Source of the DNA: Tubiluchus corallicola
Lineage: Eukaryota > Animalia > Priapulida
DNA length: 64,000 nucleotides
Direction of reading: 5' to 3'
NCBI GenBank assembly: GCA_030141605.1
Contig: JAQGDQ010001026.1
Span: 1-64,000 of the forward strand
In this document: one piece after another, positions 22,281-37,700 of the stretch
Numbering within the stretch: position 1 is the stretch's first letter
Layout of the letters: each line of letters begins with the position of its first letter
Notes under the pieces: generated by a model
What the model was told of the DNA's origin: nothing
The model's input: only the letters and a program-made list of their open reading frames with translations
Databases searched by the model: none
Program-made: the position numbers and the translations under genes

Positions 22281-23242
22281 TTAATTTTTATTATTACGAT
22301 TGCCTGCTTGTCTGAAAGTCAACAAAGTCTGAGTTTTGATTAAGTGTAGCACTTTCGAGCTTTCAGGTATAATCCTATGGATGTAGAATGGTAACACGCA
22401 AGTATAAAGTCATGTATGTATTTTTAAGTTGTTGGTAATTGACCTGATGACCAACAGAATAGAATAGAAAAAATAAATTTATTTTACAACAATTAATACG
22501 ACCAATACAAAAAACATTAATAATAATAATAAGTTTGTAGTAACTAAGGAGGCAGAATGATAAAGTGCTATCTACAGACTATACAGTCTTTCTCCTACAG
22601 GTGGCTACTGTAACTGACAATATCATTTTATAACAATATATAATTCATTTGACAATCAAATTTTAATATTTGGAAAACTTTAAAATTTAAGATACAACTA
22701 CTACATCACTGTGGTTCAACGATAGGTAAATACTTGAACAATGAACATTTTGAAAAAATGAAAAGCTCTGAACCTATACATAAACAATTATAGTTAAAAA
22801 TGATTTGTTAGTGAGAATAGTGGAACTTCTGAGTGAATTACTAAAGATTTGCTAGGCGTGGCTTCACGCTGTAATCCAACCAGCATCATTTTTTAAATAT
22901 GTCCCGTGCGAGATCTGTTTGTCTTGAGACAAGAACTTAAAATAATTTCTTTTGCTTTTTCGAAAAAAAAGGCGCATATTGAGTAGTAATTTCAATATTT
23001 TTAATTGTATCTTAAAATCAAATAAATGTTGTTCGAGCGTTAGCTTTTCCTTTAACGCAGATGTTTTTCATCCACACATGGCTGAGTCACTCTTAGTAAT
23101 TGCCCAACCAAAGATGTGGCCATGACCCAAACAATAAAATACTTTCCACGGTTGTGGACAGATGGCGGAACGAAATTTGTGTGAATCTGCGTTCTGCAAA
23201 GCTAATAAATTCTGTACTTTTTTCTGTAAATTTTCAACCAAA

Positions 23243-26020
23243 ATGAAACTGTTTTTATGCGTTTGCTTCATATTAGCTGGATTGTTATGTGTAGTTTATG
23301 CTCAACTAGATGATCCTTATAGAATTTTGGGTGTTAGTAAAACGGCTACTGCTACGGAGATAAAAAGGGCGTACAAGAAATTAGCGAAACTTTGGTATGC
23401 ACTCGCTTCTTTTTAAGTTGAAAGTTTAAGTTGCAGAAGCAACCATGAGCAATTTTTTATGAATATCTTTACGAGACCTTTACCATATCGTTGTCTACAT
23501 AACCCTGGTATTCTCAAGGTGGAAAAACATTTTTTCCATTCTATGTATTTTCTTGTATTAAAATTTTCCATTATACTTTAACCCATATTACTTTGCACTT
23601 TTTAGTACTGAAATTTCATTTGCCAACTTCTAGTCAATTCTGGTAGGCTGTTCAAATCTGCTTGAAGTTTTTCAGCATCTCATAGAACCGATTTCACTAA
23701 ATATATTTGCACCGCCTGCATATTGTCAGTCATATTGTACTTTGTGTCACGTCTGGCTTATTGTTTATATAGCAGATAAACGAAATGGGTCCTAATACGT
23801 TGCCTTGTGAAATACCTGACAAGACTGTTACCCATGTTGAAAATGAGTTATTTACTTTCATTCTTTCATTATGGTTGCAAACGAAATCTTTAATCCAGTT
23901 ATAAATCTTCCCCGTGATAAGTGACTTCTGTAATTTTGAATTGCTTAATGAGAAACACTATCACAGACCTTTGCAAAATCTGAGTAAATTGTATCCAGTA
24001 CAGCTCCACAGTATAGCAGGTGTGTGGCACACCCTCTACGCCTTACAAAGCCATGCTGTATCTTTGATTTTGTGACATCAATCGTTTACAAAATGTTTTT
24101 TCCAATATTTTACTTAAGACTGACACTAGGTTTACCGGTCTAATTCCTCTTATCATTTTTATTATCTTTATTATGAAATAAAATGTCTTTGTTGCGTACG
24201 TGATTTAATGTTTTTGCAGTTCTCTTGTTCTTTTATTTTTTCAGGCACCCAGATAAAAACGATGACTCTTCGGCACAGGAGAAATTTATTGAAATCAACG
24301 AAGCCTACCAGGTTTGTGATTGTGAAGTTTGCAAATTTTGTCAGACTTGTAAATATTCTGTTATTTGATTTACCGTATTTATTCGAGTATAACGCGCACA
24401 CTTGTATAATGCGCACCCCTAATTTTCGATTAAAAATCGGTATAAAATTTTCTTTCGCTTTTTCTCGGCTCAGTCCAAGTATTGTAAGCGACAAACGTTG
24501 TTGAACATGTGCTGAACATGTGCGTTATTGAACAACTCCAGTCTCTAGTCTCAGTGAATTGTCGGCTAGCTGCTCGATTTCCGTGGGCCAGGCACCGTCT
24601 GACAAAATCTGCTGGTATTGATACATCTAAGCATGTCAGCCCAGCCCTGGTTTATAACGCGCACCCAAACACTGAGTTCTTTTTTAGGTAGAACATTTTG
24701 CGCGTTATACTCGAATAAATACGGTATCATAAAGTTTTGGCAATGCTGAATCACTGCTGAATATTTTTGAGAAAAAAACGAGTTTTCCTGTGCTTAGTAT
24801 TTGTTGGCAAGTTTGTGCTACTAATGCTGAACACCGTCATTTTCTGGAAACACAATCTTATAAAAAATATGAAATGTGCATGATTACAAAAATATGTAGA
24901 TAGAAACATTGATTTTATTGTCCTGCTTCAGAATCGTGTTTCACAACAGGTTTACATACTTCAACACTTACAATGTTTCAAAATTCTAGTCAATGGTAAC
25001 ATCAACATTAGCCACTTCGCTACTAATTACTATGCATATAGCGACATTTTAAAACCATCATCATCCAATGAATCATACGTCCAGGGACATGATTCTGCTC
25101 ACCTCCCTCTGCCAGGACTCCCTGCTTGCCGCAATGCCCCAAGTGCATTTATTTCTAAGGATCAATGCTGAAGTGTTTAAATCTTTCTGTGCAAAATCTA
25201 AATATGTTAACATTTGTCCACCTGCAGGTTTCCTAGCTGGTTCTATGGCTTGTTGAAGAGCTATCTTCACTGGAATATCATCAGATAGTCTAAGCATATG
25301 CCCAATCCATCTTAAACGGGGTCTTATTATTTTTCTTGTCCAAGGTTCTTCTTTTATTTTTTGATATAGATCTTTGTTTGAAATTTTCTTTGGCCATCTA
25401 ATACCCAAAATGTTTCTGTAATTTCTCCTTTGAAACGCATCGATTTCAGCTTTATGATTTGCTTTTAATGTCCAGAGCTCAGAGTTATACAGAAATACAG
25501 TTTCAACTAAGGCTGAGAATATTCTAATTTTTGTTTCCAAAGAAATCTTCCTATTCTCAAAAACTTTTGTGAGTTTAATGACGTTTAAAGACAACCTACA
25601 GTAACATTCACACACACACATACACAAAATCAAATTTACAGCCCATTTTTAAATAACTTAATTACAGTAATGTGAAACAAACACAAGTATTTAAGTACTA
25701 CATACCTGTATGCATGCCTAATCATAAGTTAGAAATATTTACAGGCAAAGGCTTTACGTACAGTGATAATTTACATCGACTGTGAATTGGATAAGTTGTT
25801 AAGTTAATAACAACCGACATTCCTGCATTGCACTGTTTGATTTAATCACTGAAAAAACAATGATGTGTTGCACATCAGTGGCACAACTTAATAAAAATTA
25901 AGACCCCTGTCACAGAATTGAACATTGGCTAACAAGTATCAGCTAAAGACTGAAGGGAAAGTAAACTGTATGATGTCGTAAATATGGTGCAGCATGAGTC
26001 CTGTATGGTATGCAGATCAC

Positions 26021-26086
<66 letters not shown>

Positions 26087-26319
26087 CCTTAATAATAATA
26101 TGCTAATAATAATACCGATTTATGATTTTATAAGAATTACAGCTTCTCCCAGCACAATATTTAGAATATACAGAGATCAATTATCAAATTAGCAATTCAT
26201 CACTTTTTATAATGTGTTTATCAAACAAGAACATTAAATGCAAAATATTGTTCACATTATAGAAATGCCCTCTTCTCTTTCTCTCCCCCCTCTCTCTCTC
26301 ACTCTCTCTCTCTCTCTTG

Positions 26320-26381
<62 letters not shown>

Positions 26382-28642
26382 ACCTCCCTCCCTCCCTCTC
26401 TCTCTCTCGTTCTCTCCCTCTTTCACTTGCTGTTCATAATTATTTTTTCTTTTCGATTTCTCTGTGTTTTTTAAACTGACTCATTTACTTTGTTAAAGCA
26501 AAAGCAGACCCAATCTTTGAGCAGGTCAAAACAATCTACTCTTTAAAATATTGAAAGAAAACATACTATTTTTTCAAAAAATGACTTACGTGAAAGAATT
26601 ATTACCACACAAACACAATTTTGCCTTCGCGCCACTAGTTCTTTGCTGTTACATGCATTTCGCCATTCGCTAGTTAGACAGGCACTAGCGTCTGCATTTC
26701 GGAAACGCATTACACAAAAACAGGTGCTGTACCTTTGCTCAGTTCAGATGTGTTAGTTTGTGACGAGCTAGACATGTTCAACAGCACATGGCGTAAACAC
26801 AGCGGTAAATTTGAAATTTGAATTTTTATCTTAAAATTTGCCAAGTTTTAATACAACACACTGAATATCTTATAGTAGCTCTGTGCTTCAATTTTCGCTT
26901 TTGCAAACACGTGCAACACGCTCGTGGAATATTTTTGCTGTTGAAAATTATGTTGGTTTGCGATGTCATCAATAGTTGGGCTCGCCAACCATTAATTAAG
27001 TTTTTAATTGATTATTTAATTATCAGAAACGCTTTTGCAGTATTGATTGTGTTAAAATGTATACTTTTTATCGGACTTGAAAATGGAGTAGTGTATGAAA
27101 AATCATCATCATCATTTTCATTTTCAGCTCTTATCTGACCCAGAACGAAGGCGGGACTATGACAATTTTGGATACACCACGGAACAGCCACAGCGAAGAG
27201 GCGGCGGAGGACATCCATTTGGATTTGATCCGTTTGAAAGTTTCTTTCAATTTCGGGGAGGAAACGGTTTTCATTTTAAATTTTCTAACGGAAGAAGTGG
27301 TAGCACAGTTTTCTCTGAGCATCGCATAAATTACTGGTCAGTACTAGCTAAAACTGGCTTTCATAAATGTAATAAAATTTTACATTTCTAAGTTGCTAAT
27401 TAAAAATTGAATTGATGTTATGAATTGCGAAGAAGGTTATTTGAAGTGTTAGTTGTAACACGTATACAACTGTGTTCTGTAATGCGATTCAGATGGAAGT
27501 TAATGAAGACCTGTTTATGGCAGCTATGAACCAGGTCTTTCTCTTAGTACTTTATATTACTGGCCACTAGGCCTGTCACCATGCATCGTGATACGTTTTG
27601 GGACGATGTGTGTATCGTCAAAGTGAGCCAGTATCGCAACAATCTGTGGTTTGAAGAAACCAAAAAACTTGAAATTTAGTTTTAAGATTTTATTCTGAAA
27701 TGTCTACATAAACAGTGAAGTAGTGTCATGTTGAAAAGCAGAAAACCAAGTGACCAAAAACTACAAGTGAAATCATTTAGGTGTGAAAACAGGTTTAGAG
27801 ATTATGCATTCATAAAGACTGTAGAAGCCAATGAAAATTTAAACAGTAAAGAGAAAGATTTAACAATTTTAACAAGAATACCTGAAGGTGGCAGCACTAT
27901 CCAAACCCAAAAACGTATGATGACAATACAACATAAATTTAAATTTAGAGTAATTAAAATGATTTTCTTTTGTCCAATCTGAATCACTGATATTTAACAT
28001 AACGTTGACTGTCCGTTACAGCCCTACTGGTCACTAATTTTTAATTCTTCAAGATTAATTGTTGGTTAATTGATTGAGAATTTCAGAGTTGATAGTGATA
28101 TACTTTATAAGGTCTCATGCGGTACTTCTAATGTAAAATTGGTTTGGTTTTTACGCTTTAGGACTTACGAAAACCAAATTTTGCCAAAGAGTCAGCAAAA
28201 GCCTTATGCAGTGTTCATTTATGGTGACTGGTGTATGTTATGCATGCAAGCCGAGCCGTTGTGGGAGCGTCTAACTAAAGATCTGGAAGCTATTGGTGCG
28301 TACTTTCATTTATTTGCCGAGGTTTTAAAAACGTGCATGCATTTTTTAGGTCGTAAAATTTGTGCAAATCTTGTTTCATTTTTTTATAATTGCCTTGAGA
28401 AACATCGTGTCGTCTAAAAAAAAACTAAAATTTCTAAACCTGGTGATAGAAATTTTTGATCGAATTATCTTTAGTGTGTGTGGACTTCTAAAGACACAGC
28501 TTATCACACGTCATTGTTTGCTGTTATGCTCTTTCCACTTTATACTGCCATTGTTAGCTAAGTCTTATTTTCATTGTATATACACACGCACGCGCACACG
28601 CACAAATGCACACACACGCACGCACGCACGCACACACACACA

Positions 28643-28730
<88 letters not shown>

Positions 28731-31700
28731 TTTAGAGACTACTACTTCATGATGCCCAAAGTCCAAAATTCATGTTTGAGTAGCTTTATTACGTTTTATC
28801 TGTAAAAAAATCATAACAAAATACAACAAACTAATTTGAGCCCAAAAAGAAACAAGGAAATTAATAATAAAGTGAGACTGAATAATCAAAATAAACTTAC
28901 ATCATGGCTCTACTACTCTTGACAAATAAATGGTTTAACTGAGACAGACAACAACAACTCTCTTAGCCAAGAACAGACTGCCAACTAGCCAGGTAAACTA
29001 GCTCTGTCAGTAGAGCATGACAAAAAGAAGCCAAGTCAAGACTTACATATATGAATGCAGTTAAAAAGGACAGTATAGGGGGTTTACAGAATGAGAGAAC
29101 ACTGAAGTGATAAAATAACCTAAAATCCTTCACACCGCCCCCTTAAATGCGACTTTAATTACATACCAGTTGATGAGAATTTCTGTGCTTTTTTACTGAT
29201 TTAAGAGCTTTAGATAATGCTTATAAGAAGCGCATACTTCTTAGCCAATCTTAATGCGTAATCAGTCCATTGGATGTCCATCTTGTTTCTTTGATAAATG
29301 GATGGAATTGCTTTATCACTTACACGCACGCACGCACGCACACACGCACACACACACCAGTCCAATGGACGTCCATCTTATTTCTTTGATAAATGGATGG
29401 AATTGCTTTATCACTTACACGCACGCACGCACGCACACACGCACACACACACCAGTCCAATGGACGTCCATCTTGGTTCTTTGATAAATGGATGGAATTG
29501 CTTACTGTCTGAATAAGTTTGGAGTAAATTAATGAATTTTTAGTGACGCTAGTTTTAACATTAGATATTTGTTTTACTCATGCTTTGTATTCATGACTCA
29601 AACTTCAGGATTTAGTCTGACTCTGGATAAATTTCAGGATTAACAATGATTTTTCCGGATTTCTTTCCAGGTTTTGGATATGCAGCTATTAACGCACATC
29701 AAGATGGTGCTCTGGCCAAAGCGGTGCGCGCTCACCACATTCCCGAAATCGTAGCCGTGGTGAACGGCCGCGTCTTTCATCAGAAAGACGGCGTGCAGAA
29801 ATTTTCAACAATCGTGAACTTTCTCAGAAATTCTTTGCCTTACGAAAGCGTGACTTTCTTGCGTAAACAGAGTTACTTCAAACCGTTTGTCGACAGCAGC
29901 GAGGAAAACAAAATCAGGGTGGTGTTCTTTGGGAAATCGGATAAACCAAAGTTGCGATATCTGACCGTAGCGTTTGCCTATAGAGATTATGCCAAGTTCA
30001 TGTACGCATTGATAGGTCATCCGGAAATAGAGGATATACAGTCTAAATATGGCATCGACAGCTCCAGAGAAACGGTGCTGATTTTTAAGGAGAACCCGGA
30101 TGTTCCCGCTGCCTCTTTATCCATGCAGGATATTTCCGCAAATTCGTTGCGCGAGTTGGTCGAATCGAATAAGTTTCTCGTCCTGCCGAGGTTGTCGTCT
30201 CAGATGCATTTTGACCTGCTGTGTCCCGTAGAGCCCGTACGACAGCGGAAGCAGTTGTGCGTCGTCTTGGTTACCAGTTCTAGTCTTAGAGATAAAGTGC
30301 ACCGCGATGCTCTACGCGAGTACATTAATCGACAGACCATCGCCACCGATCGGGTGCATTTTGCTTACATTTACCGTGACACGCAGCAAGCTTTTGTCAA
30401 GTCGTTGGTTAAAGATAGAGACAATATTAATGACAGCGTTCTAGATGTTGCTATACTATGGAGACCATCTGAGGATAAAATTAAATATGAGTGAGTTTTG
30501 TATTTAATGTTTTTGTATTTCATGTTTGTATTTGTATTTTTATCCATGGCCCATATATTGACATGGTAGCCTGTCATTTAGGTGATTTGTTCAATTCAAT
30601 TCAAAGGTTTATTCATCTCTAGTATAATATTTATAGCGCAAATACAACAAATTGTGTAAAGTATGTAGAGATGGGGTGGCGAAAGACCAGGAGGTCATCG
30701 AGTCAGCCACCCCTATATAACTTAGAAATATTATAAAGCACGGCAGACTACATGGTTAAGTGAATAAATACGTGGTTAGATCTTAAGTGTAGCAAATAAA
30801 CAAAATGCAAAGCAGTTATATTATAATTATACCAATGGAAAATAAGCAAGCAAATAATGCATTTAAAAATTAAAACAACAACTGAACAAGTCATGAATGC
30901 AACAAGAAAAAAGCAAGCAATCTGATTAAATCATAAATGCAGCGAGTGAACTAAAATGCAGCAAATGAACGAAAATGTAGTTAAATAATGAATGCACAAC
31001 ATAAAAACAAAAAGAAGAAAATTTGTGCAGTAAGTCTTAAATGTAATAGATTAACAAAAGCAATCAGTAATCATAATGTGACAAATTAACACAAATTGAC
31101 TTTTATTGTCAAGAGAATAATTTTCTTCGGACATTCCATAAAAGTGCTATAGCCTATTGTCTAGTTTAGCAGTAGGGGTGTGCAAACTGCGGCCCGGGGG
31201 CCACTTGCGGCCCGCCGAGAAATCTTGTGCGGCCCGCAAAGAGGTTTGTCAACGTAATGAAAGTGCGGCCCACGCGATCCAGCTGAAGTCTGCGCCAATA
31301 TCGCAAAGATAGTGCGGGTAGTTTTTTCCTCTAGATCGGATGTCATTAACCCTTACAAGACCGTTGTTACTTAATGTCACCGTCGGACATGACGAAATAT
31401 ATGGTTTTTAATATAAAGTTTAATAACTTCTAAAATAGTTTCTTGAGTGTAGTAGTGCAGTAGTGATGATGTGCGCAAATCGGATGCAAAAAATCGTTAT
31501 TAGGTCCTACTGTGCTTGGCTCCTTGACCAAACTGCATGTGGCACACAGGAATTGCGGGAATGTTTAATGTGGCCCGGCTAGTCAGATAATTTGCACACC
31601 CCTGAATTAGTGCGGAGTTATTTGAGTCAATTGCAGACAGTTTTTATATACTTTTGCACAGGAGCGGCCAGTACTTAGGCTAACAAAATTCATGTGTTTT

Positions 31701-34700
31701 TTATCAGGTGGGTTGAAAGTGGATGGAGCGCTGATCCTGCTTATGACAGTCAACGGCAGCTTGAAGGTGCGGTGAAATCTCTGCTGAAGGGAACAGAGGA
31801 ATTATCCAGAGAAACTTTGCTGATGCAGCTTATTGATGAAAATGCCAAAGGTATTCACACTACCATATACTGATAAAGGGGGCAGATACAGGTTTTAGAA
31901 CAATGGTGAACCCAACAGGAAAGAAGTTAGAGGGTCTGGGGGCGGTGTAAGCTCCCCTGAGAGGTCCACCCGGACAACAATACATTTTACTGCATTTTAG
32001 ACCACTTTCCTGCCTTCTAGAAACCATCTCTAGGAAGTTTACTAGTTTAGAACAGGTGTCTCCTGGGTGTGGGGGCACTGTAAGCTCCCCTGTGAGGTCC
32101 ACCCACACAACAATACATTTTAGTGCATTTTAGACCACTTTCCTGCCTTCTAGAAACCATCTCTAGGAAGCTCACTAGTTTAGAACAGGTATATCCTGGG
32201 TCTGGGGGCGGTGTAAGCTCCCCTGCGAGGTCCACCCACACAACAATGCATTTTACTGCATTTTAGACCACTTTTCTGCCTTCTAGAAACCATCTCTAGG
32301 AAGTTCACTAGTTTAGAACAGGTGTCTCCTGGGTCTGGGGGTGGTGTAAGCTCCCCTGAGAGGTCCACCCACACAACAATACATTTTACTGCATTTTAGA
32401 CCACTTTCCTGCCTTCTAGAAATCATCTCTAGGAAGTTCACTAGTTTAGAGCAGGTGTCTCCTGGGTCTGGGGGCACTGTAAGCTCCCCTGCGAGGTCCA
32501 CCCACACAACAATACATTTTACTGCATTTTAGACCACTTTCCTGCCTTCTAGAAACCATCTCTAGGAAGTTTACTAGTTTAGAACAGGTGTCTCCAGGGT
32601 CTGGGGGCGGTGTAAGCTCCCCTGAGAGGTCCACCCACACAACAATGCACTTTACTGCATGTCAGACCAGTTTCCTGCCTTCTAGAAACCATCTATAGGA
32701 AGTTTACTAGTTTAGAACAGGTGTCTCCTGGGTCTGGGGGCGGTGTAAGCTCCCCTGCTAGGTCCACCCACACATCAATACATTTTACTGCATTTTAGAC
32801 CACTTTCCTGCCTTCTAGAAGCCATCTCTAGGAAGTTTACTAGTTTAGAACAGGTGTCTCCTGGGTCTGGGGGCGGTGTAAGCTCCCCTGTGAGGTCCAC
32901 CCGGACAACAATACATTTTACTCCATCATAGACCACTTTCCTGCCTTCTAGAAACCATCTCTATGAAGTTCACTAGTTTAGAAGAGGTGTCTCCTGGGTC
33001 TGGGGGCGGTGTAAGCTCCCCTGAGAGGTCCACCCACACAACAATACATTTTACTGCACTTTAGACCAGTTTCCTGCCTTCTAGAAATCATCTCTAGGAA
33101 GTTTACTAGTTTAGAACAGGTGTCTCCTGGGTCTGGGGGCGGTGTAAGCTCCCCTGAGAGGTCCACCCACACAACAATACATTTTACTGCACTTTAGACC
33201 AGTTTCCTGCCTTCTNNNNNNNNNNNNNNNNNNNNNNNNNNNNNNNNNNNNNNNNNNNNNNNNNNNNNNNNNNNNNNNNNNNNNNNNNNNNNNNNNNNNN
33301 NNNNNNNNNNNNNNNNNNNNNNNNNNNNNNNNNNNNNNNNNNNNNNNNNNNNNNNNNNNNNNNNNNNNNNNNNNNNNNNNNNNNNNNNNNNNNNNNNNNN
33401 NNNNNNNNNNNNNNNNNNNNNNNNNNNNNNNNNNNNNNNNNNNNNNNNNNNNNNNNNNNNNNNNNNNNNNNNNNNNNNNNNNNNNNNNNNNNNNNNNNNN
33501 NNNNNNNNNNCATCACCTCACCTTTGATTCAAAATTACATACCAATATATCGATATACACTATACAACATACATGATGTACATAACTTTCATCTGTTTTC
33601 TTGTGATATATGATTTTTACAGATATAAGGCACCTTTAGGATTCAACAAATGGTTCTAATGCTTATAATTCAGAGAAAATATTAATTTGGTGTGTTGTAA
33701 CAGTTATTGTGCAAAGGGAGGGCACAGGTCCCTTGGGCCCACCCCCTAAGATCTGCCACTGCTGATCTACATACTTACAAATACTGCACTGTTTGAGTTT
33801 TGTTCGTAATTTGAGATAATACCACTGTAACAGTAATAACATTGTTTTGTATAAGAGTTAGCTCAAAGTTTACAGATTTTTAAAATTGTAAAGAGACTTT
33901 ATGGACACCCTGTATATCACATCATTTGAGATTTACACTGCTCCTTCTCAGCTGCATTGAAATGTAAAAATAATTACGACGAATTTTAACTGCTATTGAG
34001 AAAATAAAATTGAATTGAATTAAATTGTTGCCTTGAAGCTGAATGCTTTTTGCTACTGCTGCTTTTGACTATAACAATGTATAGAATATGTAACGTATAG
34101 AATATAATATATATTCTCAACCTCGAACTCTTTATATTTTATTGTTAGGAAATATAGGAAAGATCATTGACAGGATGATGGCTCTACATGATTACATTCT
34201 CTGGGATATTACTCAGGAGGAAGCTTTGCCTGTGATATCAGCAGTATTGTCTATTGCTTTTATTATAACCGCAGGATATTTTATTGCTTATCTAGTGTAA
34301 GTACGAGCAGTATATTTCTTCAACTAGATTATGAGTAACATTAAAGGACAAGAAAAGGGGCACCTGAAGTAGGTTTCAGAAAAATCGCCTTAAAAAATTA
34401 CACTACCTTACAGCAATTAATACAAAATTTTCCAAGAATGTTTATATGATTACTTGGGACCCGTGCCATTCTTTAATGCCCACGAATTGCCAAAACACGA
34501 CACAAAAAAAACTTATAGGAGATTCTCAAATATAGAAATTTAGTATTTACAAATTGTCTTATGAAATATTTACTTATCATACTGTTTCATAAGCACAGCA
34601 TAAAAATGTGGATAAAATAGTTTGATTCTGTGCGAAATATTCATCACAAGTATGAGCTGCAGGTCTACTTAAAGTTATCACAACGACTGATTTTACACTT

Positions 34701-37700
34701 TAAAGGTTAAAGGACAAGAAAAGGGGCACCTGAAGTAGGTTTCAGAAAAATCATCTTAAAAAATTATATTACTTTATAGCAATTTTATGCGTATATCGTA
34801 CTCTCACTGAAAGGAATTTTAGTTTGTTTTCATTTTAAATCTCCCGCAATACTGTTCCGACGGCGCCATTACATGACGTCATGCACCAAACGTAAATCAA
34901 GGGAAGAAAAGAAAATGTTAAATTATGTCACCACTCACTAACCAAAAAACATATTTTTAATCTTATTGACAAGATACAGTAATTTTAATTTTATTTACTT
35001 AGTGACATGTGCGCTACGAATGCTCTGATTATTTTTTCAAACTTTACAAAATGTTATCAAAACTTATTTCAAATGACCTGTCGTGAAAATGGCTGCGTCT
35101 AACGGTCATCGCGGGAGTTTAAATTTATATGTTTTTACAGCGTGACTGCCGATTGAAGTCCTGTATGCAAAAAGGCAGTATGTAAGCGATATAAAATTTC
35201 AAAACGAATTTTTCGTGCTTTATGTTTATGAAGGGTTTTCTTGGGCTTTAGCAATGTCTTGTCCGTGGAGTTTTAAGATGTAGTATGCTAGTTTTACTGA
35301 CTGTTTTATATGTTAACAATGTCATATAAAACGTCATATTGATGCTTAGAATATTTGTGTTGGTGTCTTCTGTACAGTTAATTCTTATATTAAAACTGCT
35401 TGGTAGTTTTTGTTCTTGCATGACCCGAAAAGGATATACACAGAATGTTACAAAAACTTACAAGATAGTTTGATACTTGTTGTACTGTTGTGGAGATCGC
35501 TGGCATCTCTATTAGAATTAAATAGAACATTGTAGAATGTTGTGTTAGAATAATCGTCTTACCGTGTAGAATGTTCCAGAAGGAAACTTCTGGAAGCTTC
35601 TCGGGCGCGCTATATAAGGTGAAGCAGGCCGCTGAGACTCACGCAGATTTCACACGGACGCCACTTATCCATTCTCTTGTATACTTCTATTTTCAGATAC
35701 ACTCAAGCGTTTTCCAGATTTTCACGTTTAGTGTAAACATTTCGCGTTCCTTCATGCTTTTGTGTTGTAGAATTCTCGCTTAACAAACTAGTTTAATTTT
35801 TTCGAAGTGTTTTCTGGTTTTCTCTACGAGCCTTCCGAGAGAAACAAAACACAACATGTACATGGATGGAATTGGCTATTTTTTGCAATGTGAAGGTGTA
35901 ACGTTGGAGGTAACCATTGCAGTCCGGGTACCAATGTGTTTTTTTTTGCATTTTTCCACCTCTCATGCATTATGTTTTTCATTCAGGAGTGAAGCCGCAC
36001 TAAAATCGACATACAACCAGGTGAAGGACATTGTCATGATCTCAGTGTGTAATTTTAACATGCAGCATTCTGATTGTCTCTTGCAGGAAAATGGAGGAAG
36101 ACAGTATCTCGGAGAAGCGAGCATCCCAGGAACAGTACAGAAAAAGGAGAGCCCTGGAAACAGCGTAAGTTATTGTGCTTGTGCAAATGTCAAAACGTCC
36201 GATGTCACTTTTCAAATCCGCCTGTTTGATATCATTCATCTGTCGTTTAGCTATTTCGTGTAATGCCACCTTGATAAGAATCTTTGTACCGTGAAACATT
36301 TTTAATCAAGTGTCACAAATCCAAGTTAAAAAAGTTTCAATTCAATTCAATTCAAAGGTTTTATTCATCTCTAATATAATATTTATAGCGCAAATGCAAC
36401 AAAATATATAAAGTATGCAGAGATGGGGTGGCCACCCCTATACAACTTAGAATTATTATAAAGCACGGCAGACTAGATGGTTAAGTGAATACATACGTGG
36501 TTAGATCTTAAGTGTAGCAAATAAACAAAATGCAAAGCAGTTATATTATAATTATACCAATGGAAAATAAGCAAGCAAATAATGCAGTTAAAAATTAAAA
36601 CCACAACTGAACAAGTCATGAATGCAACAACAAAAAAAGCAAGCAATCTGGTTAAATCATAAATGCAGCGAGTGAACTAAAATGCAGCAAATGAACGAAA
36701 ATATAGTTAAATAATGAATGCACAACAAAAAAAAAATAAAAGAAAGAAAATTTGTGCAGTAAGTCTTAAATGTAATAAATGAACAAAAGCAATCGGTAAT
36801 CATAATGTGACAAATTAACACAGTTGATTGTGAAGAAGTAAGAACTAAGAAACCTGGGATTACATGTTTCTGGTTCAATATCTTGCTGCTATGCTTTTAC
36901 TGGAATATCCAATTGTATTTCAGTCATGTACTTTTATTGTGTATTCTCTGAAATTATTGATATTTGCAAGATCCCACTATTTTTGTATCAATCAATCAAT
37001 CAATCAATCAATTTATTTCACTCCAGCAATACATATACAATACATCAACATACAATATTATTGAAACAAAAAGAAACAGTATAGGTAAAAAAAGCGTTGA
37101 TGAAGTCAAATTAACCAAATAAAAGAGTTGCTGTATGACACCTTGAAAGCTTGGCTTGTTAAGGTGGCACATATGAGTGAATGAAAGAATGGTTAGGGTT
37201 AGTAGACATGCTGGAATGGAAAAAAATAGTAAGATTAGGGATAGGAAGAAGGAAGGGAGGGAAGGATGAGTGAATGAAAGAATGGTTAGGGTTAGTAGAC
37301 ATGATGGAATGGAAAAAAATAGTAAGATTAGGGATAGGAAGAAGGAAGGGAGGGAAGGATGAGTGAATGAAAGAATGGTTAGGGTTAGTAGACATGATGG
37401 AATGGAAAAAAATAGTAAGATTAGGGATAGGAAGAAGGAAGGGAGGGGAGGATGAGTGAATGAAAGAATGGTTAGGGTTAGTAGACATGATGGAATGGAA
37501 AAAATAGTAAGATTAGGGATAGGAAGAAGGAAGGGAGGGAAGGATGAGTGAATGAAAGAATGGTTAGGGTTAGTAGACATGATGGAATGGAAAAAATAGT
37601 AAGATTAGGGATAGGAAGAAGGAAGGGAGGGAAGGATGAGTGAATGAAAGAATGGTTAGGGTTAGTAGACATGATGGAATGGAAAAAAATAGTAAGATTA

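Larger units (their letters stand above)
31877..33761. mobile_element. Probable hAT-type non-autonomous element carrying a 133-bp tandem array; spans the assembly gap
   Basis: Imperfect ends agggggcagatacagg / ctaagatctgccactg; GC-rich gggtctgggggcggtgtaagctcccc subterminal motif; TSD only partial (ctgat). Confidence 0.5.

Noticed and set aside
27883-27900. CTCF-like motifs (also near 13348 and 59168)
   Set aside because: Short motif matches are expected by chance in 64 kb, and there is no independent support.
31860-33172. Tandem family of 64-aa MWVDL... peptides
   Set aside because: An artefact of the 133-bp satellite with GTG starts; the period is not a multiple of 3.
37190-37205. Interstitial telomere (ggttagggttag)
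   Set aside because: Only about two hexamers per 93-bp unit; not a telomeric tract.
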